From the NCBI GenBank assembly GCA_001687465.1, contig LVLI01000327.1, forward strand, positions 62,001-85,539: a DNA stretch of 23,539 nt. Direction: 5' to 3'. Positions within the stretch are counted from its first letter, which is position 1; each line of letters opens with the position of its first letter. Shown piece after piece: positions 21,722 to 23,539 of this stretch. The notes beneath the pieces are model-generated. The model searched no databases. It was not told the origin of the DNA and saw only the letters and a program-made list of their open reading frames with translations. Origin of the DNA: Halocafeteria seosinensis (taxonomy: Eukaryota). A program made the translations under genes and the position numbers.

Positions 21722-21759
21722 ACCGGTACACACACAAATGTGACAGATAGCCCACCGGC
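21722..21759 (-). mobile_element. 38-bp micro-insertion, family 2 copy b, flanked by 8-bp TSD CATGTGGT
   Basis: CATGTGGT occurs at 21714-21721 and 21760-21767. The core is identical to 20496-20528, with an extra ACCGGT at the (AC)n end. Confidence 0.68.
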
Positions 21760-21813
21760 CATGTGGTTATGTGGTTATAGGGAAAGGTCCCTAAAATTAC
21801 TCCCCTAGGGAGT

Positions 21814-22055
21814 TTATAGGGAGTCCGACTCCCTCGCGAAGTATCCGCCAGTAGAATCATTACAGAACATTATGTCTTTCCGATCAATTGCTTCATTAAC
21901 TAGACGGTCAGCCTCCGTGTTTTCCTCGCGAGGAACATGATGCCGAGAGATAGACTTCACCTGTGGCTGCTCCCGCAGACGCTCAAGTGTTTCGATTATT
22001 TTCTGAGGGACGGGCTTTAGGTGGGGTGAATTGGTAGTGATAGCGACTCCTCGCG
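21814..22055 (-). pseudogene. C-terminal half of an archaeal-type RNase HI (RVT_3/aRH) domain, probably retroelement-derived
   Basis: The stop-free - frame 22101-21814 reads ...RGVAITTNSPHLKPVPQKIIETLERLREQPQVKSISRHHVPREENTEADRLVNEAIDRKDIMF...*. HVPREENTEADRLVNEAID (21939-21883) fits the HVPRE.N..AD.LAN.A.D signature. The N-terminal catalytic motifs and a start codon are missing. Confidence 0.75.
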
Positions 22056-22080
22056 ACTCCTCATTGTAGCTGGTGTTGTA

Positions 22081-23150
22081 GCTGTTGTTCTTTTTGTTGC
22101 CCTATTTGCCCGTAGGCCTATAATATCCTGTCCTGCTGCTCCTACAGCATCTTTTGGAGCAACTTCTGCAGGAGTTCCCAGATATTAATCTCTACGCTTA
22201 TCTCGATGAAGTAACAGTGGCCGGGTCAGTTACGGACTTGGAGGCAGTAGCACAGAGATTTCAGGAGTTGGCGGGGAATTGTGGTCTTCAAGTTAACCGG
22301 TGCAAGTCGGCTTTGCTGGTTCCAGAGGATCAAAGAGACCTCGTAGACCGGAATGATGGAAATTTGCGTATTGTTTATGACGGGTTGGAATTGCTGGGCT
22401 CTCCGGTTGGCACTCCACAGTTTGAAGGTGATTGGTGTAACGTGCGAGAGATGAAGAAGCTCCTCCTCGTCCAAACCGAGACATCTGTGCCGGTACAAAG
22501 TCGTTATATTCTCCTAAGAGACTCAGTGATTCCTGCAATTAATTACCTCTTACGGACGGTTCCTCCTCATCACCGTACTCGAGCCACAGTAGCCTTTGAC
22601 AATGCCGTCGTGGAAGTTACCCATTTGCTGCTTGGAGCGAAAGAGTTTCAGGACGCTGATAAAGTGAATAGATGTCACCAGATCCATTTACCTTTGCGCT
22701 ATGGCGGATTAGGACTGGTTAAAGCCTCCACTATCTCAACCGCAGCGTATGTTGCCTCAGCATGGGAGGCAGGGGTGGAACAGGACTCTGATACTCGTAC
22801 TTCCCTCATCTCAAATCTTCAGGCGCAAGGAGTGGATCTTCAGGAGTCTACTTTGGAGGAGTGTGCACCTAATCGGAAGCAGCAGAGCTGGCTCACTGAC
22901 CAAATAGTGAAGGGCGAGCTCAATTGGAGCTTCCCCAAAGGGGATGAGGATGGTAAGGCCAGATGGAAGGCGGCTCAGGAAACGGGAGCTCAAGATTGGC
23001 TGCGGGCGTTGCCAACCTCTTCGCAAAAGCAGTTTTCTGATCTTCAATGGAGGATTGGGGCGAGGCTGCGTTTGGGACTCCCGTTAGCTAGGGTAGAAAT
23101 TCCGGAGATATGCCCATTGTGTAATGAATTCGTCGCGGAGGGAAGTTGGG
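22081..23150 (+). mobile_element. CRE-like (RLE-type) non-LTR retrotransposon fragment C: RT domains 5-7, thumb and post-RT region up to the first CxxC of the zinc knuckle
   Basis: Motifs ALQHLLEQL..EFP...AYLDE, GLQVN..KS, GLELLGSPVG, ILLR....INYLLRTVPP, QIHLPLRYGGLGL, AAYVAS, WL.ALP, F...W....RLRLGLP and CPLC. Truncated at both ends; the catalytic YxDD reads YLDE (22199-22210). Confidence 0.85.
22105..22138 (-). mobile_element. 34-bp micro-insertion, family 1 copy b (inverted relative to copy a), imperfect TSD GCCCTA/CTCCTA
   Basis: 22105-22139 matches the reverse complement of 21464-21498 at 33/35 positions. Removal restores VLFVALQHLLEQL in the RT frame. Flanks 22099-22104 and 22139-22144 share 4/6 nt. 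Confidence 0.62.
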
Positions 23151-23151
23151 G

Positions 23152-23539
23152 TTAGCTCTCGCGGCTCTTCCGTGCTTGGGCAGGAGTTTCCAGCTGTGCA
23201 AGTCAATGCTTACTTGGATGATGTGTCGGCGGCAGGCCCCGCAGAAGATTTGGTGGCTTTTGCCCGTAGATTCAGCGACTTGGCTGAATTTAGTGGACTA
23301 AGAGTAAACACTTCCAAATCGGAGCTCTTGCTTCCGGTGAGGGAGTCAGTTCCTCAGGATGCTTATAATTTACCAGTTAAGAGGGATGGTTTTGTGGTCT
23401 TAGGTACTCCGATTGGTGTCCCTGATTTTGAAGAACGGTGGTGTCTGTCTAAGGTTCAAGAGATGCGAAAGTTGATCATGGTAAGGACTGAAACTGCAGT
23501 TCCTGTACAGTGCCGGTATATCCTCCTCAGGGAATCGAT
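23152..23539 (+). mobile_element. CRE-like non-LTR retrotransposon fragment D (related subfamily), RT domain 5 onward, running off the window end
   Basis: LALAALPCL, then after a frameshift GQEFPAVQVNAYLDDVSAAG...FSGLRVNTSKSELL...GFVVLGTPIGVPDFEERWCLSKVQEMRKLIMVRTETAVPVQCRYILLRES. Clearly homologous to fragment C, with intact YLDD at 23211-23222. Not in the ORF track because there is no stop before the window end. Confidence 0.85.

Noticed and set aside
20496..21760. 33-bp direct repeat as LTRs or CRISPR repeats
   Set aside because: There are only two copies, 1.2 kb apart, each with a separate TSD. They are too short for LTRs, there is no spacer array or cas gene, and the context is eukaryotic.
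21832..22056. Three CCTCGCGA motifs and the palindrome TTCCTCGCGAGGAA as an HDV-like ribozyme loop or binding sites
   Set aside because: I could not build convincing P1/P2/P3 pairings. The palindrome is explained by the VPREE codons of the RNase H fragment.
21464..22139. 35-bp inverted repeats that look like the TIRs of a 676-bp MITE
   Set aside because: No TSD flanks the pair as a whole. Each repeat has its own flanking duplication and interrupts its own host frame, so two independent micro-insertions fit better.
23145..23155. GTTGGGGTTAG at the C/D junction as a telomeric-repeat remnant
   Set aside because: It is under two repeat units, and TTAG is accounted for by the LALA codons of fragment D. 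Too weak without downstream context.

Overview
Gene-dense eukaryotic (protist-like) DNA with short GT-AG introns (25 inferred, 56-99 nt), followed by about 3.6 kb of decayed retroelements. Positions 1-19.7 kb encode, in order: a 5'-truncated >2060-aa intronless ORF carrying an embedded HIBCH/mS47-type C-terminal subdomain, RCL1, XRCC2, two tandem secreted GH25 (Lys1/protist-type) lysozymes, MPP10, a compact BTB/NPH3 (NRL-like) protein, VPS33 and a mitochondrial SAM carrier. Every spliced gene model I built by hand closes in frame. From about 20.5 kb to the end lie four +strand fragments of CRE-like (RLE-type) non-LTR retrotransposons and a -strand archaeal-type RNase H fragment absent from the ORF track. 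The same region holds two families of 33-38 bp micro-insertions, two copies each, flanked by 6-9 bp target-site duplications (three perfect, one imperfect). The most notable items are these micro-elements, an NPH3-like protein in an apparently phagotrophic non-land-plant genome, the giant mS47/HIBCH-like protein, and an intron present in only one of the two lysozyme paralogues. All family assignments are from motif recognition by eye; no searches were run and the organism is not identified.
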